A DNA stretch of 44,241 nt, counting the filler, from Jimgerdemannia flammicorona (taxonomy: Eukaryota), in NCBI GenBank assembly GCA_003990765.1. It is 2 parts of 2 records of this genome, joined end to end, with 100 filler letters (N's around TTAATTAATTAA, not from the genome) between each part and the next. Parts side by side here need not be neighbours in the genome. Positions count along the whole stretch, not along the records: positions 1 to 22,074 come from RBNJ01001340.1; positions 22,175 to 44,241 come from RBNJ01001341.1. The stretch is one strand, 5' to 3'. Of this stretch, positions 14,290-26,004 are shown piece after piece. Each line of letters begins with the position of its first letter. Positions within the stretch are counted from its first letter, which is position 1. The notes below the pieces were generated by a model. That model searched no databases, was not told where the DNA came from, and was given only the letters and a program-made list of their open reading frames with translations. Made by a program: the position numbers and the translations under genes.

Positions 14290-15073
14290 AGTAAGTAAAG
14301 GACTTATATACAGGACTCTCTCAAAAGGACTGATATATAGACTAAGGCTTAAAAAAGCCCTACTCTTACTCTTTGAGTCTGTAGGCCTCAATTATATCGC
14401 TATGTTAGCTCCTAGTTCTAATTAAGTACTGCTAAATAAGGGAGATCCCACTCTCCAAGCCTGTAGGCCTCAATTGCATTACCACATCAGCTCCCAGTTC
14501 TAGTTGGATACAGCCAGGACACCAGCCCCTATACTACTCTACTCTCTATCAGCCAATCAAAAGGCCCTACTGAGATAATGTCTACTCTAATCCCAATGAC
14601 TGCTCCCAGCCTGATACCTTACTGGTCCACTATTATTGCCCTTCTGCCTATCTGTAACAGCCATCTCCCCTCCTATATCAGAACTATGCTCATGGAGAAG
14701 TTCACCAAAGCTCAGAGAGCTCCACTATAAGTACTGAGGACTTATAGGTAATTTATACTGACACTTGATACCTAAGGTCAGCTGACTCTATATACAGCCT
14801 ATGACACACCAGATGATACCTTGTTGGTGATGGCAAAAAGGAAGAAGGTACCATACTTGGGTATATTCTAGATATAGCCAAAGGTATTAGAAATCATAAA
14901 GATACTAATCTAATACTAATAATGGGACAACTCAATATCATTGCCTCCCTCCCACCATATCCTTGCAGGCACAACAAACCAACCTGAGGTAGAGGGGGTA
15001 AAAATAGGAGAAAGGGGACTTGGAAGGTTGCCTACCAAATCTTGTGATCAGTAAGATAGTGGAGAAAGGGGCT
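14290..15073 (-). mobile_element. Partial copy of the ~1.2-kb non-autonomous retroelement found at 36692-37882
   Basis: Collinear similarity to 37086-37880 (e.g. GTAAGTAAAGGACTTA; ACCTTGTTGG..AAAAGGAAGAAGGT; GGAGAAAGG). Contains an internal ~55-bp duplication (~14377 and ~14458). Confidence 0.8.
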
Positions 15074-15249
15074 GATATTCAAAGCACTTAGCTTATACTT
15101 ATTGCTTATAGGATTATAGACTTGTAGGCTTATACTTGTTGTAATATTTGAAGCTCTTGGCTTATGCTTGTTACTTGCATGCTTACAGGCTTACAAGCTT
15201 GCAAGTATAAGTATTTCAGATATAGTTATAATATATATCTTTAAGCTTT

Positions 15250-15976
15250 TGTAATAGAGCGAACGAACCGGACGTGAAGAGCGATCACGTGACCCGATGA
15301 CGATGACGTCACAATCGAGCGCATACGACGAACGTAACGAACGGGACGCGAACGACGCGAACGATGCAGATAAACGATATCCAGCTTAACCCCAGCAACC
15401 GGTGCCACAGCAATCGCTGCAGCAATTGATCATTACCTAACAACCTATATTACAGAGATCCTGATCACAAAGAAAGGTCATGATTACAAACCTCACCCAT
15501 AGTTATCAAATTAGTCACTCATATTTAGTCAGAAATCCAAACCAACTTGTATAAATATCCTCCAAAATAAAGACAGTTTTAGTTCAGTCCTTGATACAAG
15601 AATCAAGTCCCCCCTCCACACACACACATTCCCCTGAGTCTTAGTAATAATATTTAAGTAACTCTAGTGTTTCTGACTAAATACCAGAAGCTTAGCTAAT
15701 TTCTGCTATAACTGAGACCAGTATACAAATTCCAAAGCTTTAAGGAAAACTCCTTATTGAACCTGAATCCCAAGGTGAATTCAGTCTGTGCATAGCAAAG
15801 AATAAGTCCCTTATAACTGTAGTTATCAAGAAGAGCACTACCACTATAACTACTTTTAAGGAGCACTTCTTTATACTGAAGATTTCTTAGTATACTTATA
15901 TACTAAGTCTTTAAGTAATATCTTGTTTCCCTAATTATCCAAGGATAAGAGAGGGGTAGAAATAAAGATTATTACA
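15250..15976 (+). repeat. 5' LTR (copy A) of a Gypsy/chromovirus family
   Basis: TGTAAT...ATTACA termini. Highly similar to 20842-21584 and to the reverse complement of 17003-17738. Followed by a PBS-like sequence. Confidence 0.9.
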
Positions 15977-16858
15977 ACTTGGTAGCAATGGAATTACCAA
16001 GCCAAGATAGTATTAAGAATATACTTCTGAGAAGTTAGAATAAGACTAATCTTAGACAGAAGTAACTCCAGAACTAACTATAAATTCCCAAAGAACAAAT
16101 CTATAAACCAGAGCCAATCTAACAATTGTAACTAGGACTAGATGGTATCAGAAAAATACAGACTCAAGGCTATATCAGCTTCTGATCAATAGGATATACA
16201 GAGACCTATATAAGATCTTTAGAAACTATTACATACCTAGATCTTAGAAATATAAGTAACTACCACAGATTTCACATTCTTATCTATAACCATATTAGGG
16301 TTACTAAAACTCAAGAATCTACAACTGCCACTATCTAGGAATTCTTAAGCTATATCTCTATAGCTTCTTCTATAGTAAGAGTAGTAGCTACTAAGTAGAT
16401 TACATCTAACAGATATTACCATACTTCTATCCAAATTTCTCTCTATTACTAGCTAGTTATATATATACTATACTACCACTATATCAAGATATAAGAATGA
16501 ATAGGTAGATTACCTACCTCCAACTTTTGATTAAGAAGTAGGTCTATCTACCTAGCCAGAATCTGATATTCTTTTTGAAGAACTAAGTTAGTATGAGGAT
16601 ATACTATCTCATTAGAAAAGAGAGTCAGATGAAGACTCAACAGAATACTAGTCTGATGATAGCTAATAAGGAATAGCAGACCTAGGAATCTACCAAGAAC
16701 TCATAGGTCAAGAAGATCAGATCCCAGAACCAACCCAGGCACCTACTTAGTAGTTCAGTTTACCTAGTCTTACTGGACTCTTTGACTTGATCTTTAGGAA
16801 TCAAGTAATTCTAAGTTACTCTGTCCTATAACTACAATAAGAAATAAGAGTTATTACA
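15977..16858 (+). mobile_element. PBS, decayed leader/gag, and the last ~18 bp of a 3' LTR (internally deleted LTR element)
   Basis: TGGTAGCAATGGAATT after the LTR is compatible with a transition-mutated tRNA-Leu-type PBS (TGGCAGCGGTGGGATT; inference). The region is homologous to 21585-22060. GAAATAAGAGTTATTACA at 16841-16858 matches the LTR 3' terminus. Confidence 0.65.
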
Positions 16859-17002
16859 ATTGATAAAGGTTTCAATATTACTGTTTTTTCTATCAAATAT
16901 AAGAATTCTCAAGGCTTTGGTTAGTTTGTTTTGTTCAGCAATTTGTCTTACTATCTCTGCTAATATAGCTAGCTAGACAGTTAGAGTCTGAATGTTGTCA
17001 TC

Positions 17003-17738
17003 ACCCCTCTCTTATTTTTAGATAATTAGAGAAATAAGATATTACATAGGAACTTAGTATATAAGTATACTAAGAAGCCTTCAGTATAAAAAAATACTTA
17101 CTTAAAAGTAGTTATAGTAGTATTATCCTTCTTGATAACCATAGTTATAAGAGACTTATTTTTTACTATATATAGACTAAATTTACCTTGAAATTCAGAT
17201 TCAATAAAGAGTTTTTCTTAAGTCTTTGGAATTTATATATCAGTCTCAGTTATAACAAAAGTTAGCTAGATTTTTAAAGTTTAGTCAGAAATGCTAGAGT
17301 CACTTAAGTGATATTACTAAAACTCAGAAGAATGTATATATATAGAGAGAGACTTAATTTTTATATTAAGAACTGAAATAAACCTGTCTTTATTTTGGAT
17401 AAAATATTAAGAGTATTTATATAAATTGGTTCATGATTTCTAACTAAGTATAAGTGACTAATTTGGTAACTATAGTTAGTTTGTAATTGCAATCTTTATA
17501 ATCAGGACCTTTATAATATAAATTATTAAATAATAATCAATTGCTACAGAAATTTGCTATAGTACCAGTTGTTAGAGATAAGCTAAATATTATTTATCTA
17601 TATTTTTATATCATTCACATCCTATTTATTATATTTATCATATATCATACTTAATTATAATATCATCAATACTGGGTTATATGATTGCTTATTATATCTT
17701 CTTATTTATTATCATATCTCACCTATTCACTCTATTAC
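17003..17738 (-). repeat. 3' LTR (copy C), fully CpG-eroded, of the minus-strand chromovirus
   Basis: The reverse complement aligns with LTRs A and B throughout (AATAGAGTGAATAGGTGAGATATGAT vs AATAGAGCGAACGGGCGAGACGCGAC). It lies downstream of the pol at 19100-20841, after a TTTTTAAGAG PPT remnant. Confidence 0.82.
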
Positions 17739-19099
17739 TCTTAAAAATCAATATCTATAGATTTAAAAATTGAGAACTAAGAAAAAAGTTGGGATATCCT
17801 TTACTTTATCTATTATATTATTATTGTCTTCTTCACCAGTAGTTAGAGAGGTAGTTACTGATGGCTCAGTATCAAATATAAAGAAGTTAATAAGGTCTAC
17901 AAATGATTCTTAAATATCTGCAAGTAGTGATATAGGAGTTCTCCATCTAATATAGTTGAGACCATCTAGGTAGAAAACTTATTTATCATACCTAAAAAAT
18001 ACTTTTATGTAAGTAGTCCTTCAAAGAGATTAGAAAGACCTTGGAGCCATTGGTCTGAGTTGTTATTTAGAAGAGAACTCCAGTAGAGTTCACAATCAGT
18101 AGACTTGAGAGTGATTTAAAAGTGAGCTTCTTCAGTGATCTTGATTTCTAGTATATTAACCTCAGAGAAAGAGAGACTCTGGAAGTTCTTTGATTATACA
18201 TAGGTGAGGTTAGAGATTGCAAAAGATATATGCTATATAATTTGATAGATCTTCATAACAAGTCTTTACTCTTATCTTATCTAGATAGGCCTAGTTTATG
18301 ACTTAGTTAGTAGTTAGATCTTATACTCATTGGAGAAGTTAGTGTCTAATTTTATATTCATATTAGATTTTAAAGTAACTGGTAGTAACATAGATCCTGT
18401 TGGTGACTTTGCAGTAGTTGAGAACATAGTATCCTAGATTCTGACTAGTGAGGTTAAGAGCTTCAGAATGGTAGTTTCTTCCTTGAATAGTAACTTGGAT
18501 ATATCCAAAAAGACAGTCAACCTGGCTTAAGAGGGGCTTGCTATAGCAGATAGTTTAGTAGTAGGTAACAGATATTTTTGTGTTTTTTATTTGAGAAAGA
18601 GGAAAGGGATAAAGGTTATGGGGTCCTTATCTTGGATATTTATACCTATATATATAGCTGATGTAACTTTATTTTGATCACATTTCTGAGATTATATGAC
18701 TTGTTGCTATAAGTAGAACATATGTTAGTTATATGGGAAATATAGGATTTCTCTAACTTGAAATTTTCTTCTTTTGACTTTAGATGGAAAGTTGGTTGCT
18801 CTGTTAAGATATTGTCCTCCAGACTGCAGAATGTGGGTTCAAATCTGATCAGATAACTTTCTGTAGCTGCTGATAAGTACTATATCATACTGGTATAGTT
18901 ATTATATATTACACTATATAGTTCTTCTGATTTAACTATATATAGGAGATCTAAAGGAGTTTTTTAATAGAAAAATCTTTTGTATTATTGGCTAATTATA
19001 GTATTTCTTTTCAATATTATATATTTTGAATAAATATATATTATCTTCTTCTTCACTATATAATTTAAGTTTAGAGCTGCAGTTTGTTTCTTTACTATA

Positions 19100-20841
19100 A
19101 GATGAGTGTTTCTATATAGTCTTAAAGAGCTTTATATATATTCTCTAGTACTTCTTCCCTTTCCCAAGTAGTATCATGGATAGAGTAACTCTTCTACTTG
19201 ATAAAGAAGAACTACTTAACTATTTTGAGATATTTACATATCTTGTAGTCAAGTACTTCCTTGATTTCAAATTTCTTATAATTATTAAACCTAATTAAGT
19301 ATAGTAGTGAAACTATATACTTGAGAAATAGATTTATATAGTAGTCTACCAGTTGACTAATATAGAGTACTGAGTAAACTTAAATATTAGAGAGAAGTTA
19401 CAGCTTATAGTTAACTTTGCTGACTTCTTTCACAATCTTGTATGGTTCAATTCTTCTGGTATAGAGTTTCTTAGATAGTTGCTAAGCCAGGATATCTGGG
19501 TGGAGATAGTTTATTTTAAACATAACCATATTACTAATATTATAGGAGACTACTCTTTACTTCAAGTTGGTATACTTGGTCTGATAGTTCTATACTTCTA
19601 TAAGAGTATTTTTTATTATTCATATAAGGTTAGAAATAGTCTTAGATAAATTTTAGACTACTGAAACTACTGATTTCATAGTAAAGCTTAGAGTCCTTGA
19701 GTATTGATCATAATTTAGAAAGAATGGAATCTTCTTTATAGAGATTTGTTGATGTTATTATAGGCAAACTCAGTATGGGTCAGATATTTGTTCCAATTAT
19801 TTTACTTAAAATAGTAGAAGATACTAAGTATCTGCTTGAGTGTTCTGTTGGTTTACTTGATCTATTCATCAGTCTAGAGATAATAGACTATAGAGAACTT
19901 CAGTTTGATACTATAGAGAGAAAAGAATATCTTTCAGAAGTTATTTATAAACTTAGCATCTCAGTTAGATATAATAATACTAAGTATGCTATATAGTCTA
20001 AATATTTAGTTGAGGAAGATTTTGACAATCTCAGAGATTGTAGCAGTGGTTTTAGTGAGTGTAAAATAGGCTTGTTTTCTGAGGTGGTCTATGAATACTA
20101 CAATGGCATCCTAACCTATTTTGGTCTTAGAGAGCTGAATAATGAAGTCTACTATAATCTGATTCTAGTTATAATTAAAGATAGACAGAAGTTACAGAAG
20201 TCTTACTGGTAGCTTATTATTGCTTTTGAATCTTTGGCACATTTCATATGAGGCTATGAAATCTTTGATATCTTTGGTCATCTTTGGCTAGTAGAACTCT
20301 CTTGAGAGAAAATTATAAATCTTTTCAAAACTAAAATATCCTACTATAGGAGTATCATAAGTTTCTATATTATCTTAAGTCACAGAGTATCATCATTGGA
20401 TACTACCACTCTATCATAGTCCTTATAGATGAGTCCATCATGGTATGTGAATCTTTTAGACATCCTCTTTATAGATTCTGGGACCTCAGTCTCTAGGTCT
20501 TAGCAGAATTGAAGAAATTTTACCAGAGAGCTGCTTTTTTAGTAACTATTCTTGATAATCTGAGTGAGGTCTCTAATAATTTTAACCATGAAGACAAGTT
20601 CATCTGCCATATATCTGGAGAAACCATCAGCCACATGGTTTGTTTTGTCTGAGATATACTTGAATTTCATATCAAAGTTGATAATGATTTCTATCCACCA
20701 GACTTATCTGTAGATCAGTATGGGCTATGTATGAATATACCACAAGGTATAGTGATTAGTGTAGGCCATGAATGGTTGTCCTAGGAAAAAATAGAGCTAT
20801 TCCTGGAGTGCAGTGATAATGGCCAGGAGTTCCTTCTCATG
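19100..20841 (-). mobile_element. Chromovirus (Ty3/Gypsy) pol remnant: RNase H, integrase, chromodomain
   Basis: KELLAIITALQE..TNHVADGFSR (RNase H), IVDFIIQLSKT..DAIVVFID (integrase core) and FEIKEVLDY..FFIK*KSYSIHDTTWE (chromodomain). Cut at 20842 by an opposite-strand LTR of the same family. Confidence 0.9.
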
Positions 20842-22063
20842 TGTAATAGAGCGAACGGGCGAGACGCGACATACGACGAGCGATCACGTGACCTGGCGAT
20901 GACGTCACGATCGAGCGCGACATACGACGAACGTAACGAACGATGCGAACAATGCGAACGACGTGAATAAACGATATCCAGCTTATCCCCAGTAATCGGC
21001 ACCACAGCAACCAGCGCCGCAGCATTGCCTAGCAATAGAGGTCCTGATCACAAAGTGTTCTTGATCTCAAACCACCTGACAAAGGTCATGATCAATAGTT
21101 ACTAAATTAGTCACTTATATTTAGTCAGAAATTGCAGACTAACTTGTATAAATACCCCCTAGTTTCCATTCGAAATAAAGCAGTTTTAGTTCAGTCCTTG
21201 ATACAAGAATCAAGCTTCCCCTCCCCACATACACATTCTCCTGAATCTTAGTAATGATATCTAAGTAACTCTAGTGTTTTTGACTAAACTTCAGAAGTCT
21301 AGCTAACTTCTGTCAGAACTGAGACTAGTATATAAATCACAAAAACTTAAGTAAACTCCAATTGAACCTGAATTCCAAGGTGAATTCAGTCTGTACATAG
21401 TAAAGAATAAGACCCTTATAACTATAGTTGATAAGTAAAACACTGCTACTACAACTACTTTTAAGTGAGCACTTTTTTATACTAAAGGCTTCTTGGTATA
21501 AATTATATACTAAGTCTCTAAGTAATACCTTATTTCCTTAATTATCTAAAGGATAAGAGAGGGGTAGAAATAAGAGTTATTATAACTTGGTAGTAGTGGA
21601 ATTACTGAGCTAAGAAGACATCAAGAACACACTCCTGAGAAGTTGGAATAAGACCAACTTTGGACAAGAGTAATAAATATAGATTCTCTAGGAACAAACC
21701 TCCAAACCAGAGCCAGACAAGCCCTTGCCATTAGAACCAGATGGTACCAGGAAACTACAGACCCAGAGACCTACAACCTTATAATTGATCAAATATATAT
21801 ATAAGAATCTATTTCAGGCCTTTAGGACTTTCTACCCAGATCTTAGAAATATAGTCAGCTACTATAGGTTCTATATACTTCTCTGCAGCCACCTTAAAAC
21901 CACTAGGACTCAAGAATCTATTACTATAGTTACCTAGGAATTTTTAAATTATATCTCACCCCTTGCTATAAAAGAAGCAGCTGCTGAGTAGATTGTATCT
22001 GACAGATACTATTATACTCCTATCAGAACCTTACTCTACTATAGACTAGTTGTTTACTATATC
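20842..22063 (+). mobile_element. 5' LTR (copy B, 20842-21584) plus PBS and decayed leader/gag
   Basis: TGTAAT...ATTATA termini (CA>TA), then ACTTGGTAGTAGTGGAATT. Collinear with 15250-16480. Confidence 0.88.
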
Positions 22064-22074
22064 TTTTTTTTTTT

Positions 22075-22173
22075 NNNNNNNNNNNNNNNNNNNNNNNNNN
22101 NNNNNNNNNNNNNNNNNNTTAATTAATTAANNNNNNNNNNNNNNNNNNNNNNNNNNNNNNNNNNNNNNNNNNN
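22075..22173. other. Assembly gap containing an artificial TTAATTAATTAA linker (22119-22130)
   Basis: N runs flank a six-frame-stop palindrome of the kind used when joining contigs. Confidence 0.95.
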
Positions 22174-23190
22174 NCCCCCCCCCTACCCTCTCTTGATAAA
22201 AGACCACTTTGTCTAATACTATCTCCACCTATCTACCACTCTATTCACAGATCCCCTCTACCAGTTGGTGGCATCTCCCCCCCTATGGACCCCAATCAAC
22301 CCACCACCCAGTCAACAGATCTCCCAACAACCCCTCTTACCTTAATAACTTCTTCTGTATACCCATCTGTTGCTCTTCCTTAAAAACAAAGAGCCAATGT
22401 TCAGCCAACTCTATCTACACTACTATAACCCACCCTACAGTGAGCCAACTATTGCCAACACCTCCCACTAACTGAGATTTCAAATTCTCCTAGTGATCTC
22501 TCTCTCTATCCAGCCTCCTCACTATACACAACTGGGTCCTTACTGCTATCTAAAAGTCCCTCAGAATCTCATACTCTCCTAGCCAATGTTCTGGTATTTA
22601 TATGAAACCCCCAGCCTACCCTACATTATAATACTCCTCACAATTTAATTGGCCACCATTCACCAGATACCTAGCTTGGAAATTCAACATAACATTCTTC
22701 TGTAATATTCACCACCAAATCATCCAGAACTTTAGAGGCAGCTATCTCTATACTTCAGTACTTCAAGACCAGACTCCTGATCAGTCTCACTCCTCTCTAA
22801 TCCCCACTGCCTATCACCTGCTTGGCCAAAGATCCTGACCAAGTCCTTGCTGACACTCTACTCTCTTGTCAATATCAAACTCAGTAAGCAGTACACCCCC
22901 CCAGGAGCAGTCTGTCTCATCGCTACATAGCTGGTCCCCACAGCTCTTCTCCCTTATTGTCTCACCAGCACAGGCCTATCCAGTGTACTCTATCCACCAC
23001 CCCCCACCAGAAGCCCTTATACCATAGCTGTTGGCTACTATTCAGATCTACCAGAGAGAGTAAATCACCCAAGGACCCCTGAGAAGAGAATCTCATTTTT
23101 CACATCTTCTACATCAGTGGTACCCAATCTCCACCCTACAATTCAACAGCCCTCTTCAACCACCAAGCTTGCAGACAATGCAGCTACTTA
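22174..23190 (-). mobile_element. 5'-truncated LINE fragment (copy 4); tail probably the T-run at 22064-22074 across the gap
   Basis: The reverse complement is collinear with 28020-29040 (e.g. GGGCTTCTGGTGGGGGGT, GCTTGGTGGTTG). Confidence 0.82.
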
Positions 23191-24760
23191 GAGAAAGAAT
23201 AAATTATTTTCTGACTATTAAGAAAGGATGTCACAATTTTAAACTACAAGGTGAAAAAAGATCCACTTAGTTCTAGTAACCCGGGTCTAAAGATTATTTA
23301 TATTAATAAACTATAACTCAAGAAATTGACTAAGAAATGCCCTCTTTTTACTATCTCTATCTGTCTATCTAAAGAAGAACCTGAAAATCTTAAAAAAGAC
23401 TTTTCCAAAGTCAACAGCTATATCAGACCCTTACTCTAGAAATTCTGAGATATATTTCTGAATTAAACTATAAAACCATCTGTACCTATTATTATTAATT
23501 ATCAAAAAGAATACAAAGTTGAACAAATTCTCAATAAATACAGCTACAAGAACCATCTAAATGATACATAATACTAGATCAAATTAGAAGATCTTGATGA
23601 AGATATCAAAGACTAAGAAGGAGAGAGTTGTAAGTGCACAATTTCTAAGCCACTGAAATTACATATGTATCACCCTTAGAACCAATTCAGAAACTATATG
23701 TAAGATTACAAAACAAGTTACTGAAGAGATCACTTGATTATATAAAATATATCAGTAAGTATAAAGACTTACTGTTAAGATATAAGAATACCAGAAGAAG
23801 TACTATAACTATAAGACCAACTCTGAACCTCTACTCATTAGACAACTAGTCTTGGTATACTGTACTATCATAAAAGAAAACTAAAGTACTAAACTCAAAC
23901 TGAAATAAGAAAAACCCTATCTTATCAATTAAAAGTTTATGAACTATACTTATCAACTCAAGACTAAGATATACTACAACTATATAAGACTTTATTACTT
24001 AGTAAAAGCAAAATACATTTGAATAACTCTGTTTACTCTATCTGTATCACCTTGGTTAAAGAATGACAAATACTTCATCTGAACTCAAGAAAGTTGACAT
24101 TGTTAAAACCAATCTCAAGTCTATCTATATAATAGATATTACTACTAGAAATTGTTTCAGATTATAGAAAATATCATTTCTGAGAGATTTGAACCCCCAG
24201 CTGCAATAATGAGAGCTCTTGCTCTAGACAAGAATGATCAATTCTCCCAAATACACCAACAGTCTAAAAAAAAAGAGAACTAAGATCTGCTATTCTTATA
24301 TAACTACTACTATAAAGAACAGCTTTAATTTTACAAGAGATAGATATAATAATATCTTGAAACTGATGATATCAGAAGTCAGAAGACTGCTCAGACTTCA
24401 TCAGAGATGATATCATCAATAGTAACTTTATCAAAGACTACTCAGATAATATCTAAATTTATAGATAGCTTAGTAGTTATTAGTATAGTTAAATTAGTTT
24501 TATATGATATAACTACATACTAACTTAGTAGTCAGATAATCTCTTGATATATCAGTTTACACTTATACTATATAACTATATTCCAACTCAGTAAGATACT
24601 AAATATTATATCCATATTTAGTATAGTTTAGATAGCTTCCTATTATTATAAATACCTGCTCTTTCAGACCTCAGAAACTCAGACTTAAACAGATCTGAAT
24701 ATATAAGAACTTCTGAACACTTCTCTACAATATTCCTCTATATACTACTCCTAGTATACA
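23191..24760 (+). mobile_element. Rearranged Gypsy remnants with a chromodomain and a probable LTR end
   Basis: IRPLL*KF*DIF (pre-RT) is joined to PIIINYQKEYKVEQILNK..Y*IKLE (chromodomain, ~23490-23630). An integrase C-terminal-like segment follows at ~23840-23970. The region ends with TATAAATA and ...TACA near 24760. Confidence 0.6.
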
Positions 24761-25454
24761 ATATTATAAATAGTGAATAAATCTATTTAATAATCTACAA
24801 ACTACTCTTAAGTAAATTTATACTCTATTAGGTCTACTCTTAACCATATTATGAAATTTTCTAATTAGATATTGTCTATAGTAATATATCAATTCAATTA
24901 AGCTGGTTTTAGTTTCTTAAACTTTCTGAAATATAGAAAATCCTAAACATTCAGAATAAGTCTAAAAAAGGACTTTGATTGAGACATCAATCTAATCTTA
25001 AAATCAATAAGTATAGAGAATATACTCTATATAAAATTGATCTTGATCTTAAGAAAAAAGTCTTCCAGAATATCTAGAATTTCTAGAAAACTCTTTCAGA
25101 ACTATATAATGGTACTTTTATAAGTAACCATCTTACAGATATATTGAAATGAGACCAAAAAGGAGATTTAAGTATATCTGACTAAATTGCTAACTTTGAA
25201 AAATATAGAATATATTTTGAAAATATGAGATAGATATAATCTTACCAAATTCTAATCAATGAGATTAATAGTGACTTGTAGTCTATTTTTGTCATAATTG
25301 CTAGATTAATTATTCATATAGTATAAATTGAGCTCTCAATTACTCTATTTATACTCTATTTAACTAAAAACTCTAATATATAATTAATTTTATTGATTAT
25401 TAATAGTCAATAATACTATTATATAGTCAAAAGACCTCTAATAGTATATATATA

Positions 25455-25992
25455 TAGTGCTCCAAATAAGTTGATCTAGATGGGATTTGAATTCCATCTG
25501 GATCAACTTAGATGAGATTCAAATCAACCATTGTTTTGATTTCTAAATTAGATAATTAAATGTTTATATCAATAACTCAATAAATAATCATCCAAATTTG
25601 ATAATCTTAGTGTCATTTGAAAGTTCTTTATAAGGTCTTTCTAATAATACCAAGATCATTAAAATCAGATTATATATTGCTGAAATATATATTAAGGAAA
25701 ATATTCTTTTGATGTAATTTTCAAAATCAGTAAGTTAAATAATTTCTGAAATTGACAAGTCAGATATTTTTCTTGATAACTCAGTAATGCATGTTCTGAT
25801 TTTAATGATCTTAATATTATTAGAAAGACCTTATTAAGGGCTTTCAAATGATATCAAGATTATCAAATTTGGAGGATTATTCATCATTTTATTAATGTAA
25901 ACATTTAATTGTCTAATTTAGAAATCAAAACAATGGTTGATTCAAATCAATTTTAATCTAATCCAGATTAAATTGACTTATTAGAAATATTA
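25455..25992. mobile_element. Foldback MITE (Tc1/mariner-like, in TA runs)
   Basis: Long imperfect inverted arms (AATCAACCATTGTTTTGATTTCTAAATTAGA at ~25521 and its complement at ~25912-25942). Termini TAGTGCTCCAAATAAG and CTTATTAGAAATATTA, with (TA)n on both sides. Confidence 0.85.
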
Positions 25993-26004
25993 TATATATA
26001 GTAT

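Noticed and set aside
15260..15370. CGAACG repeats as a CRISPR-like array or bacterial contamination
   Set aside because: No constant repeat-spacer period; the sequence is an integral part of an LTR present three times.
15243..16865. TSD around the LTR A element, and around LINE copies 2 and 3
   Set aside because: Flanks do not match (GCTTT vs ATTGA for LTR A); no convincing duplication found by eye.
22119..22130. Perfect palindrome TTAATTAATTAA
   Set aside because: Embedded in Ns; an artificial scaffolding linker, not biological.
24790..25450. Possible further DNA-transposon remnant
   Set aside because: AT-rich and eroded; no termini or protein motif that I could support.
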